A stretch of 64,000 nucleotides of DNA from a virus. Taxonomy: Duplodnaviria; Heunggongvirae; Uroviricota; Caudoviricetes. The position numbers and the translations under genes were made by a program. This document shows, one piece after another, positions 46,001 to 54,729 of the stretch. The stretch lies in IMG/VR virus record IMGVR_UViG_3300028840_006732; one strand, given 5' to 3'. The notes under the pieces are model-generated. The model saw only the letters and a program-made list of their open reading frames with translations, made no database searches and had not been told where the DNA came from. Numbering within the stretch: position 1 is the stretch's first letter; the number at the start of each line of letters is the position of its first letter.

Positions 46001-47494
46001 AACCCGCCGATGCCTCGGGTGCCGATGGCCTACCATAAATTCGTCGAGCAACTCCGGGCCTCGGGGATCAACGTCGTCCGCGAGGGCACGCAGACGAACA
46101 TCATGGCGCTGACCGACAAGGACGTCGACGAGCTGGCCGGGGATCGCAACCTGATGAAGAACGACGGCGTCGATTGGGGCCGGGGCCTGCGTCCCATCCG
46201 GGGCGGTCTGTTCGACAAGAAGCTCACCGGCGGCCACTCCGGTCGGCGATGGTCTGCGATCCGCCTGACCGAGCCGATGCCCAATCCGGTGATGGAGGAG
46301 CCGATCCGTCGCGTGCTCGGGCTGACCAAGGCCAAGTTCGAGGCCGTCATCTCCGGGGACCATGAGCTGCCCAAGTTCGGCACCGGCGCCCAGGCCATCG
46401 GTAAAGCCTTGCAAGCCCTCAACTTGGACAAAGAGTTGTCCATGGCAAGGGCCCAAGTCTCGCAAGGCAGCAAGACGGAGAGGGACCAAGCTGTCCGCAA
46501 GCTCGACTATCTCAAGCGGGCCAAGAAGCTCGGTATCCATCCTGGCGACTGGGTGTTGAAGCGGGCCCCGGTGCTGCCGCCGGCGTTCCGCCCGGTCTCG
46601 ATGATGGACAACGACCTGCCGATGATCTCCGACGCCAACTACCTCTACAAGGAGCTGATGGAGGCCAACGATAACCTGGCGGCCATGAAGAAGGAGCTGG
46701 GGGACGAGGGTGCTGGCCCGGAGCGGCTGGCCGTCTACCACGCCTTCAAGGCAGTCACCGGCCTGGGAGATCCGATCAGCCAGAAGAGCCGCGAGAAGAA
46801 CGTGCGGGGAATCCTCAAAAGCGTTTTTGGAAGCTCTCCCAAGTTCGGCACCGTGCAGCGTAAGCTGATCTCCACGACAGTGGACAACGTCGGCCGGTCC
46901 GTGATCACCCCCAACCCCGATTTCGACATGGACACGGTGGGCCTGCCCGAGGATGCGGCCTTCGATATTTACGGAAAATTCATCGCCAGGCGTATGCGTC
47001 GACAGGGGGTTCCTCTGACCCGGGCCCTCCAGCAGATCAAGGATCGTACCCCCCTGGCCCGGGAAACGCTCGTCGAGGAAATGGACGAGCGGCCGGTGTT
47101 CATCAACCGCGCCCCCGTGCTGCACAAGTTTGGCATCCTCGCCTTCCGCCCCAAGCTGGTGAAGGGGAGCACGATGCAAGTGAGCCCCCTGATTGTCAAG
47201 GGGTTCAACGCCGACTTCGACGGCGACCAGATGAACTTCCACGTCCCCACGGACGCGGCGGCCGTCAAGGAGGCCTACGAGCGGATGCTGCCTTCGGCCA
47301 ACCTGCTCAGCCCGGCCGATTTCAAGTCCCCGGTGCATGCTCCCGGGCAGGAGTTCGTCGGCGGTCTCTACCACGCCACCAAGTCACGAAGCAAACAATC
47401 GGTGCGGAAGTTTCACACTTTGGCCGACGCCAGGGCGGCCTACGCAGCCGGCAAGCTGTCCCTGGACGACCAGGTACAGATTTTGGATCAGTAG
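43052..47494 (+). CDS. multisubunit RNA polymerase: beta-like subunit fused to the N-terminal (active-site) part of beta-prime
   Basis: Beta motifs: [26 protein letters not shown] parallels E. coli [41 protein letters not shown]...[15 protein letters not shown] parallels GDKLAGRHGNKGV...LNPLGVPSRMN. Beta-prime motifs: [13 protein letters not shown] and [15 protein letters not shown], the catalytic Asp triad at 47207-47236. The ORF ends shortly after region D. Confidence 0.8.
   Translation: [1480 protein letters not shown]
46813..46830. repeat. degenerate copy of the palindromic motif (CCTCAAAAGCGTTTTTGG) inside the RNAP gene, same reading frame as copies 3 and 4 (encodes LKSVFG)
   Basis: 13/18 identity to the consensus in reverse orientation. 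Confidence 0.35.
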
Positions 47495-47560
47495 CCATTC
47501 GGTATTCCGCACGGCACGGGCCTCGGATACACTGAGAAGACCTTGAAAGGGAGTTCGACT

Positions 47561-48298
47561 ATGTTCAAGTACGGAAGCGTGAACCCGGAATTGCTCGGTC
47601 TGGCCCGCGAGCGTGTCGCGGCGTTCGCCAAGCCGGAAGGTCAGGAAAAGCAGGGGATGATCCCCGGCGGGGAAGAGGCCATGGGTGGCGGCATGCCTCC
47701 CGGTGGCGATCCGATGGCTGCGGGTGGGATGCCTCCCGGCGGCGATCCGATGGCTGCGGGTGGGATGCCTCCCGGTGGCGCGCCCCCGGCTGATCCGATG
47801 GCGGGCGGCGGCGGCGCCATGCCGGACATGAACACCATGATCCAGCAGCAGGTCCAGGCCGCAATCCAGGGTATGGGCGGCGGTGCGGGAGGTCCGGGCG
47901 GGAATCCCCAAGGCGACTTGAAGCCGAAGATCGACCAGAACGTGGTCATGCTTCAGGTCCTCAAGATTCTGGCCAAGATCGCCGACGCGATGGGGATCAA
48001 CATCCCGGCCAGCGACATGGTCGTCACGCCGGAGGATCTCCAGCAGATGGCCCAGGGCGGCCCCGGTTACGCGGCCATGCAGTCGGATGATCCGGCTGCG
48101 GCTGGCGGAGGTGCCCCGGCCGGCGGTGGTGGCGGCATCAGTCCCATCGAGCCGATCCCCGCGGCCCAGGGTCCGGAGAAGCCGGCCCACGACCAGGGTG
48201 TGGCTGCCGACAAGGGCATCTTGCCTGATTTCGGCAGCATGGCAAACAAGGCCACCGCCATCGCGGCGGTTCTCGGCCGGCGAGCGGAAGCTGCATGA
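47561..48298 (+). CDS. Pro/Gly/Met-rich repeat protein (MPPGGDPMAAGG x3) with helical central region
   Basis: AAGGGAG 8 nt upstream. DNA tandem repeats at about 47689-47800. Confidence 0.6.
   Translation: MFKYGSVNPELLGLARERVAAFAKPEGQEKQGMIPGGEEAMGGGMPPGGDPMAAGGMPPGGDPMAAGGMPPGGAPPADPMAGGGGAMPDMNTMIQQQVQAAIQGMGGGAGGPGGNPQGDLKPKIDQNVVMLQVLKILAKIADAMGINIPASDMVVTPEDLQQMAQGGPGYAAMQSDDPAAAGGGAPAGGGGGISPIEPIPAAQGPEKPAHDQGVAADKGILPDFGSMANKATAIAAVLGRRAEAA
47689..47800 (+). repeat. about 2.5 tandem copies of a 36-bp coding repeat (gggatgcctcccggyggcgatccgatggctgcgggt)
   Basis: Read directly from the sequence. Confidence 0.6.
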
Positions 48299-48567
48299 AA
48301 CTGAAAATCATCTCCCAAGTTGGCGAACCTCCGTTGGTGATCGACGCCGCCATGGTCATCTGCGAGAACGCCGCTGGGACGCCCGTCATGGTGGCAGGAC
48401 ACTATGGACCCGAAGGAACGATTCGAGCATCACATGCGAAGGACGAGGACTTCAACGAGACACTGAGGAAGCTGGGCGTGGACATGGTGGTCTTCTGCGA
48501 CACCGTTCGTCTGCCGCCTCCGCCTCCCGGTGCCCGGTTGATCCGTGATCCTCGCAGCCCTCAGTGA
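48295..48567 (+). CDS. small hypothetical protein
   Basis: ATGA overlap with the upstream gene. Confidence 0.5.
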   Translation: MKLKIISQVGEPPLVIDAAMVICENAAGTPVMVAGHYGPEGTIRASHAKDEDFNETLRKLGVDMVVFCDTVRLPPPPPGARLIRDPRSPQ

Positions 48568-48579
48568 AGGAGAAGTCCC

Positions 48580-49500
48580 GTGGCAAAGAAGAAGCGACCG
48601 ACCAGGAGGCAACCCGTTAAGATCAACGAGGTCACCGACCCCAACACCATCCGCTCCGCCGACAAGCGCTACTACGCTTCGGGCCAGTCCTCGGTGATCC
48701 CCCGTACGATCGCCGACTCCACCCTGAAGAAGCCTCACCAGCTCAAGCCGATCCCCACACCCCCGGCTGTTGCTCCGGGTGGCGGCGGCCACGAAGGCAA
48801 CACGATCATCTCGGCCGACAAGTATTACAAGAGTCACGAAGCCCCGGCGCAGACGGTCACCGTGGCGCGGCAGACGGCCGAGGCGCCCGAATCGGCGGCC
48901 CACGGCGTCGGCCCTTTGGTCATCTCGCGGGCCGCTGACATCGACAATGTCATGTCGCGAGCCGTCGAGATGGTGGCGGCCGGCTACTCCCCCGTGCGAG
49001 TCGCCATCGGCAACAAGGGGTTGATCCCGCATATCCGCCAGAAGATCGAGTTCGCCGTCACTCGCGAGACGATCAGCGAGGATCAGGGCCGCGACATTCA
49101 GCTTGGCTTGACCCCGGAGGCGGCCGGCTACACGGAGGTCGAGGACGCCGTCCGCGGCGTGGAGCTTGGCGGGGGAGAGAAGCTCGCTGAGGATCTCACC
49201 GGCCCGCCGTCCACGGAGGAGCTTGCCGAGGTGCCGGAAGCCGGGGAGATCGACCCCAGCGGCGCCGACCTGGGCGATCCTGCCGCCTTCGTCTTCGGTG
49301 GTGATGAAGACGAGGAGGAAGAGATCGAAGAAGACGAGGAACCGGAAGAGGTCGTAGCCGACGACGAGCCGGGTGATCCCCTGGACGACCCCGAGCAGTT
49401 CGTGGTCGACGACGAAGAAGAAGACGAGGAGGAGGAACTCGACGATTTCATGAGCGAAGAGGAAGAAAATGATCCCGAAACTGGAGCTGGAGCACGTTGA
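48580..49500 (+). CDS. hypothetical protein with basic N-terminus (MAKKKRPTRRQP) and extremely acidic C-terminal tail (DEDEEEEIEEDEEPEE...DDEEEDEEEELDD)
   Basis: GTG start 7 nt after GAAGGAG. Confidence 0.6.
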   Translation: MAKKKRPTRRQPVKINEVTDPNTIRSADKRYYASGQSSVIPRTIADSTLKKPHQLKPIPTPPAVAPGGGGHEGNTIISADKYYKSHEAPAQTVTVARQTAEAPESAAHGVGPLVISRAADIDNVMSRAVEMVAAGYSPVRVAIGNKGLIPHIRQKIEFAVTRETISEDQGRDIQLGLTPEAAGYTEVEDAVRGVELGGGEKLAEDLTGPPSTEELAEVPEAGEIDPSGADLGDPAAFVFGGDEDEEEEIEEDEEPEEVVADDEPGDPLDDPEQFVVDDEEEDEEEELDDFMSEEEENDPETGAGAR

Positions 49501-49936
49501 AACAGAGTTGGCGCGGAAGTTCTCTGAGGAACCCGTCGTCATGGGGGCGCACCAGCTTAACGAGCTGGCCTGGGCTCGGAGGATCGCCTTTGCGTTGAAG
49601 GCGGAGTACGAGCATCGCCTGTGGGATGGAACACGAATCGACTTGCTCACCGAGACGGCGGCGGTGGAAATCGACTGGGCCCCGAAGTGGGCCGAAGCCA
49701 TCGGCCAGTGCCTCTGGTACTCGACGATGGTGCAGCTAGAACCCGTCGTCTTGCTCCTCGTTGAGGACATGGGTAAGGAATCGAAATACGTCTACCGGGC
49801 CTTGACGGTTTGCCACCAGATCGACATCGAAGTCTGGATCGCGGACACGAAGAAGGAGATTCTGACCGCCAATGGGAAACACTTCCCGATAGGACCCCCT
49901 GTAGCCGGAGCCTCTAACGATGGCACTGCCATTTAG
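49469..49936 (+). CDS. hypothetical protein, possibly PD-(D/E)xK nuclease-like (weak)
   Basis: GAGGAAG upstream. RIDLLTETAAVEIDWAPKW has a D...E.D..K spacing. Confidence 0.5.
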   Translation: MIPKLELEHVETELARKFSEEPVVMGAHQLNELAWARRIAFALKAEYEHRLWDGTRIDLLTETAAVEIDWAPKWAEAIGQCLWYSTMVQLEPVVLLLVEDMGKESKYVYRALTVCHQIDIEVWIADTKKEILTANGKHFPIGPPVAGASNDGTAI

Positions 49937-50210
49937 TTCAAACTACAAGCCGGACGGCACTGGACGCCGCCGGCGCACGCGGCCGATTGCCCGGTTCCAC
50001 GTGACCAACGACACTCATTTGGGCCGGCTCGTCCAGTCCATCGCCAAGAAGTTGCGGCTCGGCCTGCACGTTCGGATCAACGTGCCGGGCCAGGGCGACA
50101 TCTCCGGCGATGCAAGTCTGATTTGCGACCGGATCATCACGGGATTGTTGGCGCTGACCAACACGGGTTATCTGCGGCGCTATCATCTTGATCGCGTTCG
50201 TTACGAGTAA
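49920..50210 (+). CDS. small basic hypothetical protein
   Basis: ORF with high GC3. Confidence 0.45.
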   Translation: MALPFSSNYKPDGTGRRRRTRPIARFHVTNDTHLGRLVQSIAKKLRLGLHVRINVPGQGDISGDASLICDRIITGLLALTNTGYLRRYHLDRVRYE

Positions 50211-50255
50211 CCGGACATTTCCGGACACGTTGCCCGGGTAGAATGTCCGGTTTTT
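50211..50255 (+). terminator. putative terminator hairpin (CCGGACATT ... AATGTCCGG followed by TTTTT). CCGGACAY box repeated 3 times at 50211, 50221 and 50285.
   Basis: 9-bp inverted arms and T-run immediately after the stop at 50210. Third box copy at 50285-50292. Confidence 0.45.
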
Positions 50256-50323
50256 GTAGTTCCCACGGGAGAATCCGGCCACGATCCGGACATCTTCCGG
50301 CAGACCGATGAGGGAGGACTTCG

Positions 50324-50650
50324 ATGTCGAGACGAAAGTTTTGGCAGCTTATGCGCCTCCTTACTTGGCCATATCGTGCTCTGCGAGGCCGTTTGTGGCC
50401 CCGCAAACACGATGACCCCCAGCCCGAACTTCAGCGTTTGTACGCGAAGGCGGCCCGTCAGGGCGGCATGAAGATCGCGTACGACCGTTGGGGATATGCG
50501 TACGAGGTGAAGGGCGTGCAGTGCGTGGGCGTTGAGATCGACCAGACCAACGCTCCCAAGCCCCCGCACGATGACCCCTACATCCCCGGCAGCACTACCT
50601 GGCAGGGAGCCCGGCCGAGCAAGGATCTCGGCAAACTGAAGGTGGCGTAA
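50324..50650 (+). CDS. small hypothetical protein
   Basis: GAGGGAGG 7 nt upstream. Confidence 0.55.
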   Translation: MSRRKFWQLMRLLTWPYRALRGRLWPRKHDDPQPELQRLYAKAARQGGMKIAYDRWGYAYEVKGVQCVGVEIDQTNAPKPPHDDPYIPGSTTWQGARPSKDLGKLKVA

Positions 50651-50667
50651 GCCGCCTGGAGGCAAGG

Positions 50668-53600
50668 ATGCGAACGGCAACTCTGGGGCAGCATCTCGTC
50701 AACGAGACGCTGCCCGACGATATGCGCGACTACGACCGGGTCCTCGACAAGAAGGGGCTCTCCAGTCTGTTGCGCGAGGTCGCCGAGAAGCATCCCGACA
50801 AGTATCGGGAGATCTCCCACAAGCTGTTGGAGATTGGCAGCCGCGCGTCCCAGGAGTCCGGGGGCATGGCCTTCGGCGTCAAACACCTGGGCAAAGCCCG
50901 TGCCGCCGTCAAGACTCGCCAGAAGCTCACCAACGCCCTGGCGAAGATCCTTGACCGCGATGACCTGGACGACAGGAGACGGGAAGAGCTGATCGTGCGG
51001 GCCATCGGCCGGGAGATAGAACCCCAACAAGAGGCAATCCTCAAGGAGTCGCTGGAGGAGGGCAACCCGCTGGCCCTTCAGGTTCTGTCCGGTTCGCGCG
51101 GCAACAAGATGAACCTGGCAAGCCTCCGCGGCTCCGACATGCTTTACGTGGACCACCGGGGACGGCCGCTTCCCATCCCCATCCTTCGCAGCTACAGTGA
51201 AGGCTTGTCGCCGGAAGAATACTGGGCCGGCACCTACGGTGCCCGCCACGGCGTCATCGCCTTGAAGTCCGCCACCCGGGACGCCGGCTTCCTCAGCAAG
51301 CAGCTCAACCAGGTGGCTCACCGGCTGGTCGTCGTCGACGAGGACGAGGAGGAGGCACCCAAGGTCCTCCGCGGCATGCCCGTCGACACCAACGACATGG
51401 ATAACGAAGGAGCGCTGCTGGCCCATGACGCAGGACCCTACAAACGAAACACCCATCTCACCCCCAAGATCCTCAAGCACCTCCAACGAATGGGACATGA
51501 TCGAATCCTGGTCAGGTCTCCGATTATCGGAGGTTCGCCCGAAGGCGGCGTTTACTCGCGAGACGTGGGTGTACGTGAACGCGGTAACCTTCCGGGACTT
51601 GGTGAGATGGTTGGACTCACAGCCGCCCAGGCTCTCTCCGAGCCTCTGACCCAAGCGCAGATCTCGGCCAAGCACGGCGGAGGCGTGGCCGGGGAGGACA
51701 AGGCTGTCTCGGGGTTCGAGCGGATCAACCAGCTAGTCCAGACGCCACGGGTAATGAAAGGCGGCGCGGCACATGCCCAGGTCGATGGGACCGTGGGTCG
51801 CATCGAGAAAGCTCCCGCGGGTGGTAACTACGTCACCATCGACGGCGAGCAGCACTATGTGGGCCAGGGCTTCGACTTGAAAGTCAAGAAGGGTGATACG
51901 GTCGAAGCCGGGGACGTGCTTTCGGAGGGTCTCCCGAATCCGGGTCAGATCGTTCGACATAAAGGCGTTGGCGAGGGACGTCGTTACTTCACGTGGGCTT
52001 TCCGCCAGGCTTTGCAGGATGCAGGGCTCAAGGCTCACCGGAGAAACACCGAGCTGCTCAGTAGGGGGCTTATCAACCATGTCAGACTCACCGAGGAATA
52101 CGAAGACGGAGTTCCGGGTGACGTCATTCCGTATTCAACGCTCGAACACCGGTACACGCCTCGTGAGGACTACGAGGATGTCGAACCTCGGAGGGCGGTT
52201 GGCCAGTACCTTGAACGCCCTGTCCTCCATTATACGATCGGCACGAAGGTCCGGCCCTCGATGCTCCGGGAGTTCGAGCGATTCGGAGTGAACACGCTCA
52301 GTGTACACAAGAACCCGCCGCCTTTCGAGCCGGAGATGATTCGTGGCATGTACTCCATGCAGCACGACCCCGACTGGCTGGTCCGGCATTACGGCTCCGG
52401 CTTGAAGAAGAGCTTGCTCAGCGCGGCCCAGCGAGGCGGCACCAGCGAGGAGCGGGGCAGCTCCTTTGTCCCCGCCCTGGCCCGCTCGACCAATTTCGGC
52501 CGCACGCCGAACAGCGTCGTCCGCAAGCCTGGCCCCGGATTCGAGCCACCCCGGCCGAGCCTGGCCAGTGAGCAGACCGAGCAGCGTAAGCCGAAGCCGG
52601 TACGCAAGAGCTGGTTCGGTGGCCGGTTCAAACTCTCCTCGGACGCCGAGCTGGAGAAAATCGCCTCGCTTCCTGCTCCGTACAAGAAACCGACTTCGAC
52701 TCCCCCCGGCACCTCGGGCGGAGTCCAGGGAGCCGCCGAGCGTTCTGCGCAGGGGGTCGGTCCGAGTCCCTCTGCGCAGATGGGTACAACTGTACCTTCG
52801 GCGGGTACAGGCGGAAATCCGTATGCCGCAGGAGCAGCCGCTGCGGGAGGTGCTGGCGGTGTTGAGCAAGTCGGCTCCATGCCGGCGGCTCGGCCGCAGT
52901 GGGGTTCCTACGCAAGCCCGGGGATGATGGGCAGCCCGCTGGCTGTGCCGCTGATTCAACAGGTCAACAAGATGCTTCCCGGCGTGGGTGGCGTGATGAC
53001 CATGGGAACGCTGATGTCGCCGCAGTCCATGCGGGTCTTGACCAGCGGCCAACGATACTCCCCACTCTCCGGTACCGGCGGCTGGCAGGGAGCAGGCGGC
53101 AGCGGCATCCCGCCAGCCGGCTACCAGATTGACCAGCAACAGCCGACCCCCGAAGCTGCCCCTGAAGTCCAGCAGCCGGCTGCTCCTGCCGCGGACCCCC
53201 AGGCGGCCATGGACCAGCGGATCGAGCAGGGCGTTGACAACGCCTTCGATACGATCCTTGGAACCAAGCCCGGCACGGGTGTCTTCAGTGACGAAGCCCC
53301 CACGAACCTGCGAGATGCCTTGCCCGAGAGTGTGAGGAACTACACGCCTGACTGGGCCGAGGACATGTTCCTCCGTTTCATGCCCAACCCGGCCAACCCG
53401 TCGCGGGAGCTGGGCCAGGCGGCCATGATCCGTCAGGGCCTGGCCCCGATCGGTCGCGGACTGAGCACGCTCTGGCGGGCTCCAGTGAAGGGGACTGGCT
53501 ACTTGCCGTGGCTCCGCAACACGCGGGCCGGTGAGTGGCTGCGGAACATGAAGTTCATGTCTCCCAAGGGCGGACCGGGGATGCTTACCCGACTGATGAA

Positions 53601-54708
53601 TCGCATCCCCGGGGCCAGCAAGCTGTGGGGCGCCGCCAAGGGTGCCAAGCCGGGCGTAGGGCCGCTGGGCCATCTGGCGATCGCCCTGGACGCGATTGGT
53701 ACCGGCAGGAATGTTGTTCAGCATGGTCTTACCGGCCACGGTAGCGCTGGCGAGCAAGTCAACCAGCGTCGGCAGTCGCAGATCGAAGGAGCCGCCGCAG
53801 GGAATCCCCTGGACGCTGTGGGTTTCGCTGGAGAGTTTTTCAGCCCCTTCAGTACGGGGGCTGCGGGCGCAGAGACTGTCGCGGGTACCACCGAGGCGAC
53901 GATCCGCGGTGCCCAGGAAGCCGGCCGGAGTTACGGTTTGGGTTCGCAGCAACAGGAACTCTATCAGCGCCGCTCGGCCGAGGGCCTCGATCCCAGCAAC
54001 CCGATCAACCAGCGGGACTACCAGTTGCACAACGACAAGTCGATCCTCGATCCGCTGTCGCGGGTGTGGAGCCGGGTCAAGGAACGCCACGGTTACGGGA
54101 AAGACGGCACGCTCTGGGATAAGGCCAAAGGGATGGTCCTTCCGTACGCCGGGATCGCCCAGGGCATGATGGACATCCAGGACGTCATCAAGGAGCCGGC
54201 CGAGGCTGGAATGGAAGCCCTCCAGGAGTATAGCTCGCTGAAGGGCAAGGCCCAGCCGATCTTGCAGGAGCGGGCCGAGACCGCTCAGAGCCAGAAAGCA
54301 GCCCTCCCCGAGCAGATCCGCGAGTTGGAGAAGATCGAGGCTGCCGGCGGTCTGACGCCCGGGCAGAAGCAGTCTTTGGAAAAGCTCCGCCAGCGACAGG
54401 AGATGTCCGGCTACGAGCTGTCCCACGAGGGTATGGGGGCTGGTGAACGGATTATGGAGGATGTTCACCTGAAGCGTCCGGGTGTCCCAGGTGTGGAGCC
54501 GATCCACCTCCCCGGAGCCGGCTGGGGCCTCAAACGCTTTGCCACGCCGGCGGAAATCTGGCGTGGTGAGGTCTCCTTCAACCCCTTCTTCAAGCGAGGT
54601 CTCGACGAGATGGGCGGGGCGCCGCTGGTCGGCGGATTTCCCATCCTCTTCGAGGAGGAGCCTTTTGCTATTGGCGAGGCCGCGCAAAATGGGCTAGAAT
54701 CGGCCTAG
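50668..54708 (+). CDS. multisubunit RNA polymerase beta-prime C-terminal part (bridge helix / trigger-loop regions) with about 750-aa low-complexity C-terminal extension
   Basis: GARHGVIALKSATRDAGFLSKQLNQVAHRLVVVDED parallels the beta-prime bridge helix [20 protein letters not shown]. GGAGG 5 nt upstream. The C-terminal half is G/A/P/Q-rich with no recognisable domain. Confidence 0.75.
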   Translation: MRTATLGQHLVNETLPDDMRDYDRVLDKKGLSSLLREVAEKHPDKYREISHKLLEIGSRASQESGGMAFGVKHLGKARAAVKTRQKLTNALAKILDRDDLDDRRREELIVRAIGREIEPQQEAILKESLEEGNPLALQVLSGSRGNKMNLASLRGSDMLYVDHRGRPLPIPILRSYSEGLSPEEYWAGTYGARHGVIALKSATRDAGFLSKQLNQVAHRLVVVDEDEEEAPKVLRGMPVDTNDMDNEGALLAHDAGPYKRNTHLTPKILKHLQRMGHDRILVRSPIIGGSPEGGVYSRDVGVRERGNLPGLGEMVGLTAAQALSEPLTQAQISAKHGGGVAGEDKAVSGFERINQLVQTPRVMKGGAAHAQVDGTVGRIEKAPAGGNYVTIDGEQHYVGQGFDLKVKKGDTVEAGDVLSEGLPNPGQIVRHKGVGEGRRYFTWAFRQALQDAGLKAHRRNTELLSRGLINHVRLTEEYEDGVPGDVIPYSTLEHRYTPREDYEDVEPRRAVGQYLERPVLHYTIGTKVRPSMLREFERFGVNTLSVHKNPPPFEPEMIRGMYSMQHDPDWLVRHYGSGLKKSLLSAAQRGGTSEERGSSFVPALARSTNFGRTPNSVVRKPGPGFEPPRPSLASEQTEQRKPKPVRKSWFGGRFKLSSDAELEKIASLPAPYKKPTSTPPGTSGGVQGAAERSAQGVGPSPSAQMGTTVPSAGTGGNPYAAGAAAAGGAGGVEQVGSMPAARPQWGSYASPGMMGSPLAVPLIQQVNKMLPGVGGVMTMGTLMSPQSMRVLTSGQRYSPLSGTGGWQGAGGSGIPPAGYQIDQQQPTPEAAPEVQQPAAPAADPQAAMDQRIEQGVDNAFDTILGTKPGTGVFSDEAPTNLRDALPESVRNYTPDWAEDMFLRFMPNPANPSRELGQAAMIRQGLAPIGRGLSTLWRAPVKGTGYLPWLRNTRAGEWLRNMKFMSPKGGPGMLTRLMNRIPGASKLWGAAKGAKPGVGPLGHLAIALDAIGTGRNVVQHGLTGHGSAGEQVNQRRQSQIEGAAAGNPLDAVGFAGEFFSPFSTGAAGAETVAGTTEATIRGAQEAGRSYGLGSQQQELYQRRSAEGLDPSNPINQRDYQLHNDKSILDPLSRVWSRVKERHGYGKDGTLWDKAKGMVLPYAGIAQGMMDIQDVIKEPAEAGMEALQEYSSLKGKAQPILQERAETAQSQKAALPEQIRELEKIEAAGGLTPGQKQSLEKLRQRQEMSGYELSHEGMGAGERIMEDVHLKRPGVPGVEPIHLPGAGWGLKRFATPAEIWRGEVSFNPFFKRGLDEMGGAPLVGGFPILFEEEPFAIGEAAQNGLESA

Positions 54709-54729
54709 AGTCTACCTGAGGAGTAGAGC

